This document shows positions 34,504 through 44,432 of a DNA stretch of 64,000 nt, in pieces. The notes under the pieces are model-generated. The model was not told the origin of the DNA. It worked only from the letters and a program-made list of their open reading frames with translations, and searched no databases. Location: the NCBI GenBank assembly GCA_016706275.1, contig JADJJY010000005.1:14641-78640 (forward strand), written 5' to 3'. This stretch comes from Chloracidobacterium sp. GTDB lineage: Bacteria; Acidobacteriota; Blastocatellia; Pyrinomonadales; Pyrinomonadaceae. The first letter of the stretch is position 1, and each line of letters begins with the position of its first letter. The position numbers and the translations under genes were made by a program.

Positions 34504-34507
34504 ATAC

Positions 34508-34753
34508 ATGGCGACTTACGCAGCGTGTCCCCAATGCGGGGACACCAACGCTCAATTATTAAGCTTCACGTGGTGGGGCGGGCTCGTCGGGCCCAAATTG
34601 TTGACGCACGTCAAATGTCCGGCCTGCGGCAAAAAGTTTAACGGTAAATCGGGCAAGGATAATACGGTTGGAATCGCTATCTACATGGGTGCGATCAGTA
34701 TCTTTGTATTCGTGTTGGTCGGAGCGATCGCCTTAATGGTAGCAATGAATTAA
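34508..34753 (+). CDS. small zinc-ribbon protein with C-terminal TM helix
   Basis: 81 aa. CPQC...x26...CPAC, then [25 protein letters not shown]. It starts 4 nt after the BI-1 stop. Confidence 0.6.
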   Translation: MATYAACPQCGDTNAQLLSFTWWGGLVGPKLLTHVKCPACGKKFNGKSGKDNTVGIAIYMGAISIFVFVLVGAIALMVAMN

Positions 34754-34983
34754 TCACGCAGACTATCGGGATCGATCTCTTCCGCAGTGAATCCGCCGTC
34801 GGGATCTTTCATCAAGATCTCGATACGCCGCTCGGCGTTCGTCAGCCGCTCGCGGCAAGAACGCGAAAGGCTGATCCCCGTTTCAAAAAGCTCGAGGCTC
34901 TCTTCCAAAGCGAGATCGCCCCCTTCGAGTTTTACCACTATCTCTTCTAATTCGACCAACGATTTTTCAAACGATTTTTCCAT
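34750..34983 (-). CDS. xseB: exodeoxyribonuclease VII small subunit
   Basis: 77 aa. ...[43 protein letters not shown]... Confidence 0.93.
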   Translation of the reverse strand: MEKSFEKSLVELEEIVVKLEGGDLALEESLELFETGISLSRSCRERLTNAERRIEILMKDPDGGFTAEEIDPDSLRD

Positions 34984-34985
34984 AA

Positions 34986-35657
34986 CTACCTTACAAGCTC
35001 CTCGGCCTGTCTGAGCAGGTCAGCGAGATTCCCGACACCGAGCGTGTCCGCCGATTCTTTGTTCAACCCGCCGATCGCGATCGTGATGATCTGCTGCCCG
35101 ACCGCCCGTGCAATATCCGTCGCAAGCTTTTCATCTTTGACCCCGGCGATCTGCCAACGCCCGTCAATTCGCCGCATCGTCATTTCAAGCGTATGCTCGG
35201 GCAGTTTGCTTTTGACGAGCGCGGTATCGCCGGTCACGGTGATATTGAGGTATTTCTCGGCTCCAATCACCATTGCAAAAAACGGCACGTTGCCAAAACG
35301 CGCTGTGCGGTCGCGTATCACCCGCGGCAGCTCGGCTCTTGCACGTTGCTTTAATGCCGGAAATAGCGGTGTCGCGAGCTTGGCGACCTTGCCGATAATT
35401 GCCGGCGGTAACCCGCGACCGTACATCTCGACAGCCTTATTCGTTATCTGCGGGACAAAATCATCGACTACCGTATCAATATTAACGAGCCTGTCGATCT
35501 CGGGCTTATCGTCCCGTTTCGCAGCGTCAACAAGCAGAGCGAGCGAATACTGAGGCGTGTCCTTGAGACTCTGATAATACAAAAAACTGCCCAGCCCGAC
35601 GACCGCCAGGATCAACAATAAAACAATTCCGGCGATAGCGAATACACGTTTCGACAT
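34986..35657 (-). CDS. membrane-anchored hypothetical protein (DUF2939-like?) between xseA and xseB
   Basis: 223 aa. N-terminal TM ([22 protein letters not shown]), then a soluble domain. Its start overlaps the xseA stop by 1 nt, and it ends 2 nt before the xseB start. Confidence 0.6.
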   Translation of the reverse strand: MSKRVFAIAGIVLLLILAVVGLGSFLYYQSLKDTPQYSLALLVDAAKRDDKPEIDRLVNIDTVVDDFVPQITNKAVEMYGRGLPPAIIGKVAKLATPLFPALKQRARAELPRVIRDRTARFGNVPFFAMVIGAEKYLNITVTGDTALVKSKLPEHTLEMTMRRIDGRWQIAGVKDEKLATDIARAVGQQIITIAIGGLNKESADTLGVGNLADLLRQAEELVR

Positions 35658-36976
35658 TACAATTCAGATGACAAAACCTCGGCGTTCAGTTTTCCACGTT
35701 TGAGACGAATATTCAATTTATCACCCTTTTTAACTTGTCCGGCGTCGAGTAAAACCTGCCCGTCCGCCGTCTGCGTGATCGAATACCCGCGCGTCAGCAC
35801 CGCGAGCGGCGACAGGGCGTTAAGCTTTGCCATCTGCACATTAAGAGCCTCGGTCTTGGTTTTGAGCGAATGCTGCGTCGCGGTAATTCGGCGTTGATCG
35901 AGCACTGCGAGCGAGTTTGCCGCAGCGACCGTCTTTGCTTTCAGCGTCGCCGGAGTCAGCCGCGATGCAACGTTCGCAAACCGCATCTGTGCTGATTGCA
36001 CACCCGATGTGAAACTGGTCCGCAACCCCGTCGAGGCGTTCTCAACCCGGATCGCAGCCTCATACATTTGGCGCTCGATAAAACCTGCCAAACGGTCTTC
36101 GCAAAGATGTAGGCCGTGGATGATGTCTTCTTCGCGGCCCGCAACCATCTCGGCAGCCGCCGATGGCGTTGCTGCCCGCAGATCGGCGATCAGATCGGAT
36201 ATCGACCAGTCGATCTCATGCCCGACAGCCGATATCACCGGTATCTCACTTGACCTCAATGCCCGGGCCAAAGCTTCATCGTTAAAAGCCCACAGATCCT
36301 CGGGCGACCCGCCGCCGCGTCCGACGATAAGTACATCGATCTTATTAGCTGAATCGAGCGTAAGGTTGTACGCATTGAGATCGGCGACCGCCTGACGTAT
36401 GCTGTCTGCCGAGCCTTCACCCTGCACAAACGTCGGAGCAAGCGCAATGCTTACGGATCTCGCCCGCCGCGTCAGCACATTAAGTATGTCGTGAAACGCC
36501 GCTCCGGTTGGCGAAGTCACGACACCGACACGTCTCGGCAAAAACGGTATGGCGCGTTTTAGTTCAGGAGCAAATAAACCTTCCGCTTCGAGCGTCGCCT
36601 TGATTTGCTCAAACGCTGCGCGCAAAGCCCCTTCGCCTGAAGGTTCGAGCGACTCGACCACCAGCTGGCACTCGCCCCGCGCCGGATAAAGCGTCACCTT
36701 GCCGCGAACCCGCACCGCAATACCATTTTGCGGTTTAAACCGGATGCGATAATTCGTACCTTTCCAACAAACCGCCCTGATCTGCGACGTCCCGTCGTTG
36801 AGCGTAAAATACCAATGCCCCGACCCCGCGGCAACAAATCCCGTAACTTCGCCCTCGACCCAAACGCCCGAAAACCCGAGCTCAAGAACGTCCCTGACCT
36901 CCGTATTGAGCTCGGTAACCGTCAGCGGACGATGCTCGGTGCCGTCTAATAATGGATGTAATACTTCGTCGTTCAA
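35657..36976 (-). CDS. xseA: exodeoxyribonuclease VII large subunit
   Basis: 439 aa. OB-fold N-terminus (LTVTELNTEVRDVLE...VWVEGEVTGF) and the catalytic region. Confidence 0.93.
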   Translation of the reverse strand: MNDEVLHPLLDGTEHRPLTVTELNTEVRDVLELGFSGVWVEGEVTGFVAAGSGHWYFTLNDGTSQIRAVCWKGTNYRIRFKPQNGIAVRVRGKVTLYPARGECQLVVESLEPSGEGALRAAFEQIKATLEAEGLFAPELKRAIPFLPRRVGVVTSPTGAAFHDILNVLTRRARSVSIALAPTFVQGEGSADSIRQAVADLNAYNLTLDSANKIDVLIVGRGGGSPEDLWAFNDEALARALRSSEIPVISAVGHEIDWSISDLIADLRAATPSAAAEMVAGREEDIIHGLHLCEDRLAGFIERQMYEAAIRVENASTGLRTSFTSGVQSAQMRFANVASRLTPATLKAKTVAAANSLAVLDQRRITATQHSLKTKTEALNVQMAKLNALSPLAVLTRGYSITQTADGQVLLDAGQVKKGDKLNIRLKRGKLNAEVLSSEL

Positions 36977-37048
36977 ATCAGGTTTAATTTGAACACAGGT
37001 GAGCCGTTAGATTCAAAAGAGAGATCTCCAGAACAAATCTTTACTGGA

Positions 37049-38401
37049 TCATACGAGCGAGACCTTTTTCGTTACGCCGTTTATCCTGACAAACATTCCC
37101 GCGTCGGTCGTCCACATATCGCCATTCTGCGGCTTTGTTGGCGGCCCCCAAGTCTGCGGTGCGAGATTTATGCTACCCCGGACACCGTCGCCGCTAAAAA
37201 TCCCGACCTGAAAATTAGATTGTCCGCTGAGATAGTTTGGGGTCTGATATTGGCCAGCGACAAAATGCTGCATCGCATTTTTCAGGTTCGCGATTGGGGT
37301 CGCGCTTTGCAAGTCGTTGCCAGTGACCGAAGCCCCAAATGTGTACCCAGCCGTGAAATCAATACAAATTGGGCCTTCGATACGGTTGCCCGCGATCGTA
37401 ACTCCTTGATTTCCCTTTCCCAGTTTGATGGCTGTGTCGCGGGCATCGGTACCGGCAGGCGCGATCCTATTTCCAATTATCGTTAATCCTAATGCCGGTG
37501 CGGCGGTAATATCGATCCAGCATCCGCCCGGCTTATTAACATCGCCCATCCAACATCCAATGATATTCAATCCGTACGCCGTAGTATCCTTACCTTGCAA
37601 ATAAGCCCCTGAACGTCCGCTCACAAGAGGTTCGAATGTGCACCCGGAGATAAGCCAGGATTCTCCAGCGCTCCGGATCGCGACTTCGTTTAGATCGCGA
37701 AAAGCCGAGTCGGTGATCTGAATTACGTTTGAATAGATCCCCCTGTTTGGCGCACCGACTACACCCGTGTTTGCAGCCTGAAACTCACAATTTCTGACGG
37801 TAGAACAAATCGCCAATGATAAATTCAGCAAATATTCGGCGGCATTCGCTCGACCGCTACCCATGAAACGACAACGATCAAACATCAGGTACCCGGAATC
37901 CGCCTTTGCATTGACGCTGTGCCCCGTCTCGACCAGAGACCCTCTGAATGAAGCATTGCTATAACTGATGCTGATAGTTTCTAACGAGACTGAAAAACAT
38001 GACTTCATCGAAATAAACGGTGAAGCTGTGCCCGTATAGTTTAGTTGAGCGGGAGCTGCTCCCTGACCGCCCTGAACATTTGGCCCGGCGTTGCCGATAA
38101 TTCGAACCCCGCGTTTTTCATCAAGCGAGATCTGTCCAGCACATTTGAAATCTCTGCCGGCACTCCCCTCTAGATAGACCGTTCCCCCACCAAGTTTATA
38201 AGCCGCATCGATCGCACGTTGTATCGCACCCGTATCATCCGCCAAGCCATTTCCGACAGCACCAAAATCGGCTGCCCTGAAAGAATTACGATCTGATGTA
38301 TCCGCAAGCCCCGCTGCTTGTCCGACATCCGGTACAGCAGCAAGTGAGCCTAACGCTGCAGCCCCCATTCCAAATTTGCCTAAAAAGTTTCTGCGTTCCA
38401 T
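37049..38401 (-). CDS. Tat-exported right-handed beta-helix (pectate-lyase-3/GH28-like) protein
   Basis: I place the start at ATG 38399-38401 (MERRNFLGKFGMGAAALGSLAA, twin-arginine motif, GAGGAA upstream). The track ORF starts at a TTG 6 codons earlier. FGAVGNGLADDTGAIQRAIDAA is a hallmark, followed by repetitive beta-helix turns. Confidence 0.7.
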   Translation of the reverse strand: MERRNFLGKFGMGAAALGSLAAVPDVGQAAGLADTSDRNSFRAADFGAVGNGLADDTGAIQRAIDAAYKLGGGTVYLEGSAGRDFKCAGQISLDEKRGVRIIGNAGPNVQGGQGAAPAQLNYTGTASPFISMKSCFSVSLETISISYSNASFRGSLVETGHSVNAKADSGYLMFDRCRFMGSGRANAAEYLLNLSLAICSTVRNCEFQAANTGVVGAPNRGIYSNVIQITDSAFRDLNEVAIRSAGESWLISGCTFEPLVSGRSGAYLQGKDTTAYGLNIIGCWMGDVNKPGGCWIDITAAPALGLTIIGNRIAPAGTDARDTAIKLGKGNQGVTIAGNRIEGPICIDFTAGYTFGASVTGNDLQSATPIANLKNAMQHFVAGQYQTPNYLSGQSNFQVGIFSGDGVRGSINLAPQTWGPPTKPQNGDMWTTDAGMFVRINGVTKKVSLV

Positions 38402-38429
38402 AAACTCAATATTCCTCAACGAACGTCAT

Positions 38430-40175
38430 CTATTGAGACGCTACCACCGAAGTGACAGTCGCAAAAGTATTCTCACGTTTACTTTTTATCTTCAACCTCG
38501 GTGAATTTCCGCTCGACGTTTCAGATTTAAATGTGATGTTATAGGCCGAGCGGAGTTGGACAACGATATCCTCATAGGCTTTCTGGATCTCGGCGATCTC
38601 TTTGATCGGGTAATAGACTCCGCCGGAGACGCGAGCAAGCCTTTCGCCCTCACCCTCTGCCTTTGCTGAAACAGACATATATTTACGGCGAACTGGATCG
38701 ATGTCGGCGTTAGGATTTGCTGCCGCTGCGGCGATCAACCCCGACGGCACGTAAAGCGGGTAGATCAGGGCACCGCTTTCCTGAATAGATCCCGCTAGCG
38801 CATCAAATGCCAGGAAAGAGCGGTTGTCGTCCCCGTCCGTCAGGATCACAATTGCCGTGCGTTCGCCCTTAAACTGCCGCAAAGTGTCGCTCACAGCATA
38901 AGCCAGTGCATCGTAATAGGCCGTACCGCCGCCAGCGTCAAAGGTGTCTAGGCTCTCAGACAGTTTGCCCTTGTCGGTCGTAAATTTTGACAGCACCTTA
39001 ACATCGTCGTTGAATATCACGATCGACACACGGTCTTTTTCATCGACCGTGTTCACAAACGCCCGCGCCGCCTTGCGGATAAAATTGACGTAATTCTCTA
39101 CGCTGCCCGACACATCCAACAGCAACACGAGGTTGAACGGTGCCGTAGATCGTTCGACCGACACGATCTCGCGGGCAGTCCCGCTCTCTGTGATCTCGAA
39201 ATCACTAGTTGTCAGACCGGCGATCGAGCGATTCTTGAGATCCGTCACGCGGACCAAAGCGGTTTTAAGCGAAGCGTTCGGATTCTCGGTTTGGGCTGAT
39301 TTGGCCGAAAACTTTGGCTCAAACATCATCGGCGGCAGACTGCGGGCGTAATCGCCGTAATATTTCGGTGCCGCCCTGCGGATCGCCTCCATCAGTAAGC
39401 TGTCACCGCTGCGAACGATCGCCTTTGCCGCATTAGTCAAAGGCCGCTCGCGCAGATCGCTCATCACCTCATTCGGCGGGACGTTGATTAATATGATCCC
39501 TCGTGCGGTTGTGAGGTCAAGCCTTACAGGTCTCGGCTGCTCGTCGTTTGCCATTGGTTGTTCGTCAGCCGATCCAGGTTCCGCACTTTTGCCTTTTGCC
39601 TTTTTACTTTTACCTTCGAGGCCGCTTCGGCCGCGGATCTCAAACCGCCCCGCGTTCTTTTCTTTGATCGCGGCGAGGTCAAAATCAGCGACGACGCGCG
39701 GTTTCGACTCCGTCCAGAGCAGGTTGTAAGTCACATCTTCGTTTGGAACATCCACCGCTACAGTACCCGTATCAGTAGTCGCCGCGACGGATGCAAAATT
39801 ACCGTTCACCTCGACGGCTCCGGCAAGCGTTTGGACAATGACGTTGGATCTTTCAGGCAGAGTGAGGACGAGATCTATGCGCTTTCGAGGATCGTTGGAC
39901 ACGACGGTTATTGTCGTCTTACCACCCGCATTGCCGATCTTTATCTCACCATCGGAAACGCCTTTTGGCGATGAAGCAACGAGCTTTCCCGACAGAGTTT
40001 TTTCGTCGGCAACGGTCTCGGCTTTAACACCAACACGGCCAAAACGATTAACGATCTCGATAGTCGAACCCGAAGTTACCTTCAACTCGCGCGTCACATC
40101 CTGTGCGGGCGTAGCTAGCCAAAACGCGAGTGTAACGGCGGTTATTAATAGGGATCTGGTTATCGCAAGCCGCAT
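38430..40175 (-). CDS. secreted VWA-domain protein
   Basis: 581 aa with a signal peptide. The N-terminal half is beta-rich. The C-terminal half is a von Willebrand A domain with a MIDAS motif (LLLDVSGSV ... GGTAYYDAL ... ILTDGDDN). Confidence 0.85.
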   Translation of the reverse strand: MRLAITRSLLITAVTLAFWLATPAQDVTRELKVTSGSTIEIVNRFGRVGVKAETVADEKTLSGKLVASSPKGVSDGEIKIGNAGGKTTITVVSNDPRKRIDLVLTLPERSNVIVQTLAGAVEVNGNFASVAATTDTGTVAVDVPNEDVTYNLLWTESKPRVVADFDLAAIKEKNAGRFEIRGRSGLEGKSKKAKGKSAEPGSADEQPMANDEQPRPVRLDLTTARGIILINVPPNEVMSDLRERPLTNAAKAIVRSGDSLLMEAIRRAAPKYYGDYARSLPPMMFEPKFSAKSAQTENPNASLKTALVRVTDLKNRSIAGLTTSDFEITESGTAREIVSVERSTAPFNLVLLLDVSGSVENYVNFIRKAARAFVNTVDEKDRVSIVIFNDDVKVLSKFTTDKGKLSESLDTFDAGGGTAYYDALAYAVSDTLRQFKGERTAIVILTDGDDNRSFLAFDALAGSIQESGALIYPLYVPSGLIAAAAANPNADIDPVRRKYMSVSAKAEGEGERLARVSGGVYYPIKEIAEIQKAYEDIVVQLRSAYNITFKSETSSGNSPRLKIKSKRENTFATVTSVVASQ

Positions 40176-40179
40176 CTGA

Positions 40180-42546
40180 TCATGGTTTGCTCGGTATCCG
40201 GCCGGACTGGATCAGGCGTGCTCGGACGCGTTCCTGCCACTTTTTACGCGGGCGTTCGTCGTCTTCAAATCGTTCGAGCAGATCGTTCATCGATTCACCG
40301 CCAGCCAGCCGGGTTTTCAAATAGAGCAATGCCACTATGATAGCAGAAAACGAAAACACGAGGATCTGCATTGGCAGCCAGAATATTTGAATGAGCGATT
40401 CGAGAATGGTGTATTTTACACGCGTCCTCATATCCATATCCTTGCCGCCTGAACCGGCCGAGTTGCGGCGATTTAGGGACCAATTCCAACCGTCGTTTTT
40501 CTCCCCCGTCTGTTCGGCAACCGGAGCGTCTGTGACAGGTGGCGACAAAACCGTTGGCTCGGCAGATGCGGCGGGTTGCGTCTTTGTCTCGATCCCCGCT
40601 TTTGGTTTTGGATCGAACGCTTTGGCTGACACATTAACTACAAAGGAGATCGTTCCCGCGATGATTCCCGGGATGAGGATCATAATGCAAATCGCGCCAA
40701 ACGCTGTCCAAAAAGAGCGTTTGACTAGCAAACGCGAACGCCTCAAAGCCTCACGAATACCGACGTTTTCCATCATCACGACCGGCGGCACAAGAATCCA
40801 CGAGATATACGCCCAGAAAAATCCAACAAGCCCGCATAGAGACCCGAGTATAAAACCCATAACGGGGATCGGAGCCACCGATCGGGTCACCGGATAAATA
40901 ATGAGCCCCAACATCGCTCCCACCGCAAAACCTAAGGCTCCGGCTACACCTGCCACGACAAATGGTAATATCGCCGTCAAAAATGCGGTTCCCGCGATAC
41001 GTTTCCACTTCTTTCGGGCCTCAACAAGCGCGGGCCGCAGCCGCACCGGCCGCAACGGAACGGAGAGATACTGTGTGACGATCCAAGAGATGGTTCCAAC
41101 AATCAGGCTGGTACAAAATGCGCTCGCTAATGACAACGCAAACCCATCAATGGCGATCGAGACGCTGCCGACAGTTTCAGAGATCATCTCGCTCACCCGC
41201 AGGAACGACAGAGTCAGCAGGATAAGCGTCAGCACGATCATCGGCAGAGAGAAAAACGCCGTCAGCAAGAGAAATTTCGGAAGATGTTCGCTCCAAATGA
41301 CCAGAGCCCGCCTTAGCAATCCCCAGATCCCCTCAGATCTCGCACGCAACTTACTTGCAAATGCCTCAGCCGTCTGGGGGCGAAACTCGGGGTTCTTGTG
41401 CAGAGCCAAATGAATACCCGCTTTCATCTTACGCCGCACATTTTTGGCCTTAAGCGGTTTCGGGTCGATGGTCTTGTGCGATTCCATCACGTCCTTAAAA
41501 TCACCCTCGAACGGCGTCCGGCCCGACAGCATCTGATATGCGATCACGCCGAGGCTGTAGATGTCCGAACGCGGATCGAGATGTTCGCCTCGGCATTGTT
41601 CCGGCGACATATAAAGCGGCGTGCCCAAAACGGCCCCAACACGCGTCAGTTCGGCCGAGTTTTTCGAATCATAAAGCGATCTGTTGGTCGTCGGATTTTC
41701 ACGCTGCGGCGTGGCATCCTGCAAAGGTCTAGCCCCTGTCCCGACCTTATCTTGAAAGTCATCTGAGATATCGCCGTCATCAAGTATCGCCGTCTCATTC
41801 TCGCTCGCGATCGGCGACAGATTGATGGTTCCCGCCTCAGACGCGATCGATGCTCGCTCTTTACCGCCAGCAATTGTCGCGGCCTCGGCAACCTGTGTCG
41901 AGATAAAGTTGCCATCAACTTGCGTCCCGTCTATCTCGCCCCCGGCCATCGTCGCTTTCCCGCTCGAACTATACGTTGGCACCGCGCTTACATAAGCCTC
42001 ATGCTCACCCGTCGATACCACGTCGTCGTGTTCCTCAAGCTTGGCGATACCAAAATCGAGCACCTTGACGGTATAGCCGCCGCGTTGATTGGGTTCGAGC
42101 CAAATATTGTCGGGTTTTAGATCACGGTGAATAATGCCCTGCGTGTGTGCCTCGTGCACGGCGGAGCAGACCTGTTCGAGAATATCGAGCGTCCATCCGA
42201 CCGGCAGATTTCGCTCCTCTTCCAGTATCTCGCCAAGCGTACAGCCGTCGAGATATTCCATCACAAGATACGCGACCTGGCCCTGATTCGAATCCGCAAA
42301 ACCAAAATCCGTGACGTTGACCACATTTGGGTGACGCAACCGCCCGGCAGCGCGCGCCTCTCGGCGAAAACGCTCGACAAACTCGGCGCGCTTCATATAC
42401 TGCGGCGCAATGATCTTCACCGCCACCGGCCGCTCCGTGCCGAGGTGGGTCGCAAGATACACCGTCCCCATACCGCCTCGTCCCAACTCGCGTTCGATGT
42501 GGTATTTACCATCCAGTGTCTGGCCTAAAAAATCGAGCTGATTCAT
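40180..42546 (-). CDS. Ser/Thr protein kinase with large C-terminal polytopic membrane domain
   Basis: 788 aa. Hanks kinase motifs (GRGGMGTVYLA, VAVK, HRDLKPDNI, DFG, SPE), a low-complexity linker, and about 8 TM helices. Confidence 0.9.
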   Translation of the reverse strand: MNQLDFLGQTLDGKYHIERELGRGGMGTVYLATHLGTERPVAVKIIAPQYMKRAEFVERFRREARAAGRLRHPNVVNVTDFGFADSNQGQVAYLVMEYLDGCTLGEILEEERNLPVGWTLDILEQVCSAVHEAHTQGIIHRDLKPDNIWLEPNQRGGYTVKVLDFGIAKLEEHDDVVSTGEHEAYVSAVPTYSSSGKATMAGGEIDGTQVDGNFISTQVAEAATIAGGKERASIASEAGTINLSPIASENETAILDDGDISDDFQDKVGTGARPLQDATPQRENPTTNRSLYDSKNSAELTRVGAVLGTPLYMSPEQCRGEHLDPRSDIYSLGVIAYQMLSGRTPFEGDFKDVMESHKTIDPKPLKAKNVRRKMKAGIHLALHKNPEFRPQTAEAFASKLRARSEGIWGLLRRALVIWSEHLPKFLLLTAFFSLPMIVLTLILLTLSFLRVSEMISETVGSVSIAIDGFALSLASAFCTSLIVGTISWIVTQYLSVPLRPVRLRPALVEARKKWKRIAGTAFLTAILPFVVAGVAGALGFAVGAMLGLIIYPVTRSVAPIPVMGFILGSLCGLVGFFWAYISWILVPPVVMMENVGIREALRRSRLLVKRSFWTAFGAICIMILIPGIIAGTISFVVNVSAKAFDPKPKAGIETKTQPAASAEPTVLSPPVTDAPVAEQTGEKNDGWNWSLNRRNSAGSGGKDMDMRTRVKYTILESLIQIFWLPMQILVFSFSAIIVALLYLKTRLAGGESMNDLLERFEDDERPRKKWQERVRARLIQSGRIPSKP

Positions 42547-42852
42547 GTTGTCTATAACTGCAAACTCTAACCGTTTTCGCTCTACCTTTGCAAGTATTTA
42601 CGACGGCACACCCACTAATGTTTTCTGATTGTCGTAAGGGTATGTAAATCAGGGGAAACCTAGCAGCACCAAGTACCGACGTCCTATTTGAATCAAATCG
42701 ACCGGCTGGCTAATTTCGGGTTGATATTTGGCAAAAGTTGGTCTAAAATTCCTGACAAAACTAGCTTGATTGACGGTTTTATTGCTTTTTCTCATTCAAA
42801 GGGCATTATTGCGTTGCATCCGTGAAACATTGTGTGCTACAACTACACCTAT

Positions 42853-42868
42853 GTTGCATTTGTGCAAC
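42853..42868. promoter_or_regulatory. perfect 16-bp palindrome upstream of recA (operator candidate)
   Basis: GTTGCA tttg TGCAAC, 64 nt upstream of the recA ATG. A further GTTGCA half-site is at 42813-42818. A possible promoter TTGCAT(42814)-18 nt-TACAAC(42838) lies just upstream. Confidence 0.35.
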
Positions 42869-42931
42869 GGATAAATCAAATGTCTCGGTCGTGAGAATGG
42901 AGCAAACACTATGGACGGGAGAGGAAATGGT

Positions 42932-44002
42932 ATGAGTCTAGATAAAGGAAAAGCGATCGAATCTGCGTTGCAGCAGATCGAGAAAAAATTTGGCAAGGGT
43001 GCGATCATGCGGCTCGGCGAGCGTCCGCACGAGGATATCGGGGCAATCTCGACCACTTGTCTGAGCCTCGATTTCGCCATCGGCGTCGGTGGATTTCCGC
43101 GCGGCCGCATTATCGAGGTCTACGGGCCGGAAAGCTCGGGTAAGACAACTCTTGCTTTGACGGTCGTTGCCTCGGCTCAAAAAACGGGAGGCGTGTGTGC
43201 TTATATCGACGCCGAACACGCGATGGACCCGGAATACGCGACCAAGCTTGGCGTCAATATCGACGACATGCTCATCTCGCAGCCGGATTCCGGCGAACAG
43301 GCTCTTGAGATCGCCGAAACACTGATCCGTTCAAACAGCGTTGATGTTATCGTCATCGATTCGGTCGCCGCACTCGTGCCGCGTGCCGAGCTCGACGGCG
43401 AAATGGGCGATTCCCTGCCGGGGTTGCAGGCCCGTCTGATGTCGCAAGCGTTGCGTAAGATCACGGCGATCGTCGCGAGCTCGAACACGACGTTTATCTT
43501 TATCAATCAGCTTCGCGAAAAGATCGGTGTATTTTTCGGTTCACCCGAAACGACGACCGGTGGCAAGGCTCTCAAGTTTTACGCGAGCCTACGTCTCGAC
43601 ATCCGCCGCATCGGTGCGATCAAAGACGGCGACAAGGTCGTCGGGAACCGCACCCGCGTTAAGGTGGTCAAAAATAAATGTGCACCGCCTTTCCGCGAAT
43701 CCGAATTCGACATCATGTACGGCGAAGGCATCTCGCGCGAGGGCGACCTGCTCGATATCGCTGTTAATCATAACATCGTCGAAAAATCCGGAGCGTGGTT
43801 CTCATACAAAGGCGAACGTCTCGGCCAAGGGCGTGACAACGTCAAGAACATGCTAAAAGGCGATCTGCCGCTGCTCGAACGCATCGAGCTCGACGTCAAG
43901 CAAGCGTTAGGCTTTGTAATGGCCGAACCCAAAGCAAAGGCCGCCGCAGCCGGCAAGGCCGCTAAGGCCGAAACCGAAGAAACGGAAGAGGTAGCGGAAT
44001 AG
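42932..44002 (+). CDS. recA: recombinase RecA
   Basis: I place the start at [23 protein letters not shown] (ATG 42932, GGAGAGGA SD). Walker [14 protein letters not shown]-rich C-terminal tail. Confidence 0.97.
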   Translation: MSLDKGKAIESALQQIEKKFGKGAIMRLGERPHEDIGAISTTCLSLDFAIGVGGFPRGRIIEVYGPESSGKTTLALTVVASAQKTGGVCAYIDAEHAMDPEYATKLGVNIDDMLISQPDSGEQALEIAETLIRSNSVDVIVIDSVAALVPRAELDGEMGDSLPGLQARLMSQALRKITAIVASSNTTFIFINQLREKIGVFFGSPETTTGGKALKFYASLRLDIRRIGAIKDGDKVVGNRTRVKVVKNKCAPPFRESEFDIMYGEGISREGDLLDIAVNHNIVEKSGAWFSYKGERLGQGRDNVKNMLKGDLPLLERIELDVKQALGFVMAEPKAKAAAAGKAAKAETEETEEVAE

Positions 44003-44007
44003 GAAAG

Positions 44008-44079
44008 TTCACCACAGAGACACAGAGGACACTGAGAATTTTTATACAAACTCTGTGTTCTCTGTGCCTCTGTGGTGAA
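44008..44079 (+). terminator. long tandem-word hairpin after recA (CACAGAG words)
   Basis: Left arm ttcaccacagagacacagaggacactgagaa; right arm ctctgtgttctctgtgcctctgtggtgaa. A weak T-rich tract follows. Confidence 0.45.
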
Positions 44080-44163
44080 TCTTGTTCTAACACCGGATTT
44101 GACATAGCTAAACGGCTTATTTACACTTACAAATTCGCGTCCAATACGGTTTGGGTGCGTTTT

Positions 44164-44239
<76 letters not shown>

Positions 44240-44254
44240 TAAATTTCGATCGCT

Positions 44255-44287
44255 AGCGGCTTCTTTTGCGGAGCCGCTTTTTGTTTG
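44255..44287 (+). terminator. rho-independent terminator after tRNA-Phe
   Basis: AGCGGCT tcttttgcgg AGCCGCT followed by TTTTTGTTT. Confidence 0.65.
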
Positions 44288-44432
44288 CGGTATCTTGCCA
44301 AACGTAGTAGTTTATTTCCGTGATTATGTGAACCAACACTCGGATGATATTTAAGAGTTTCGCGATGAGGGGTGGCTCTCATTCTAATTAATTTTTGTAA
44401 CTAATATCGGAAAAACAATGGAGGAAAATATT

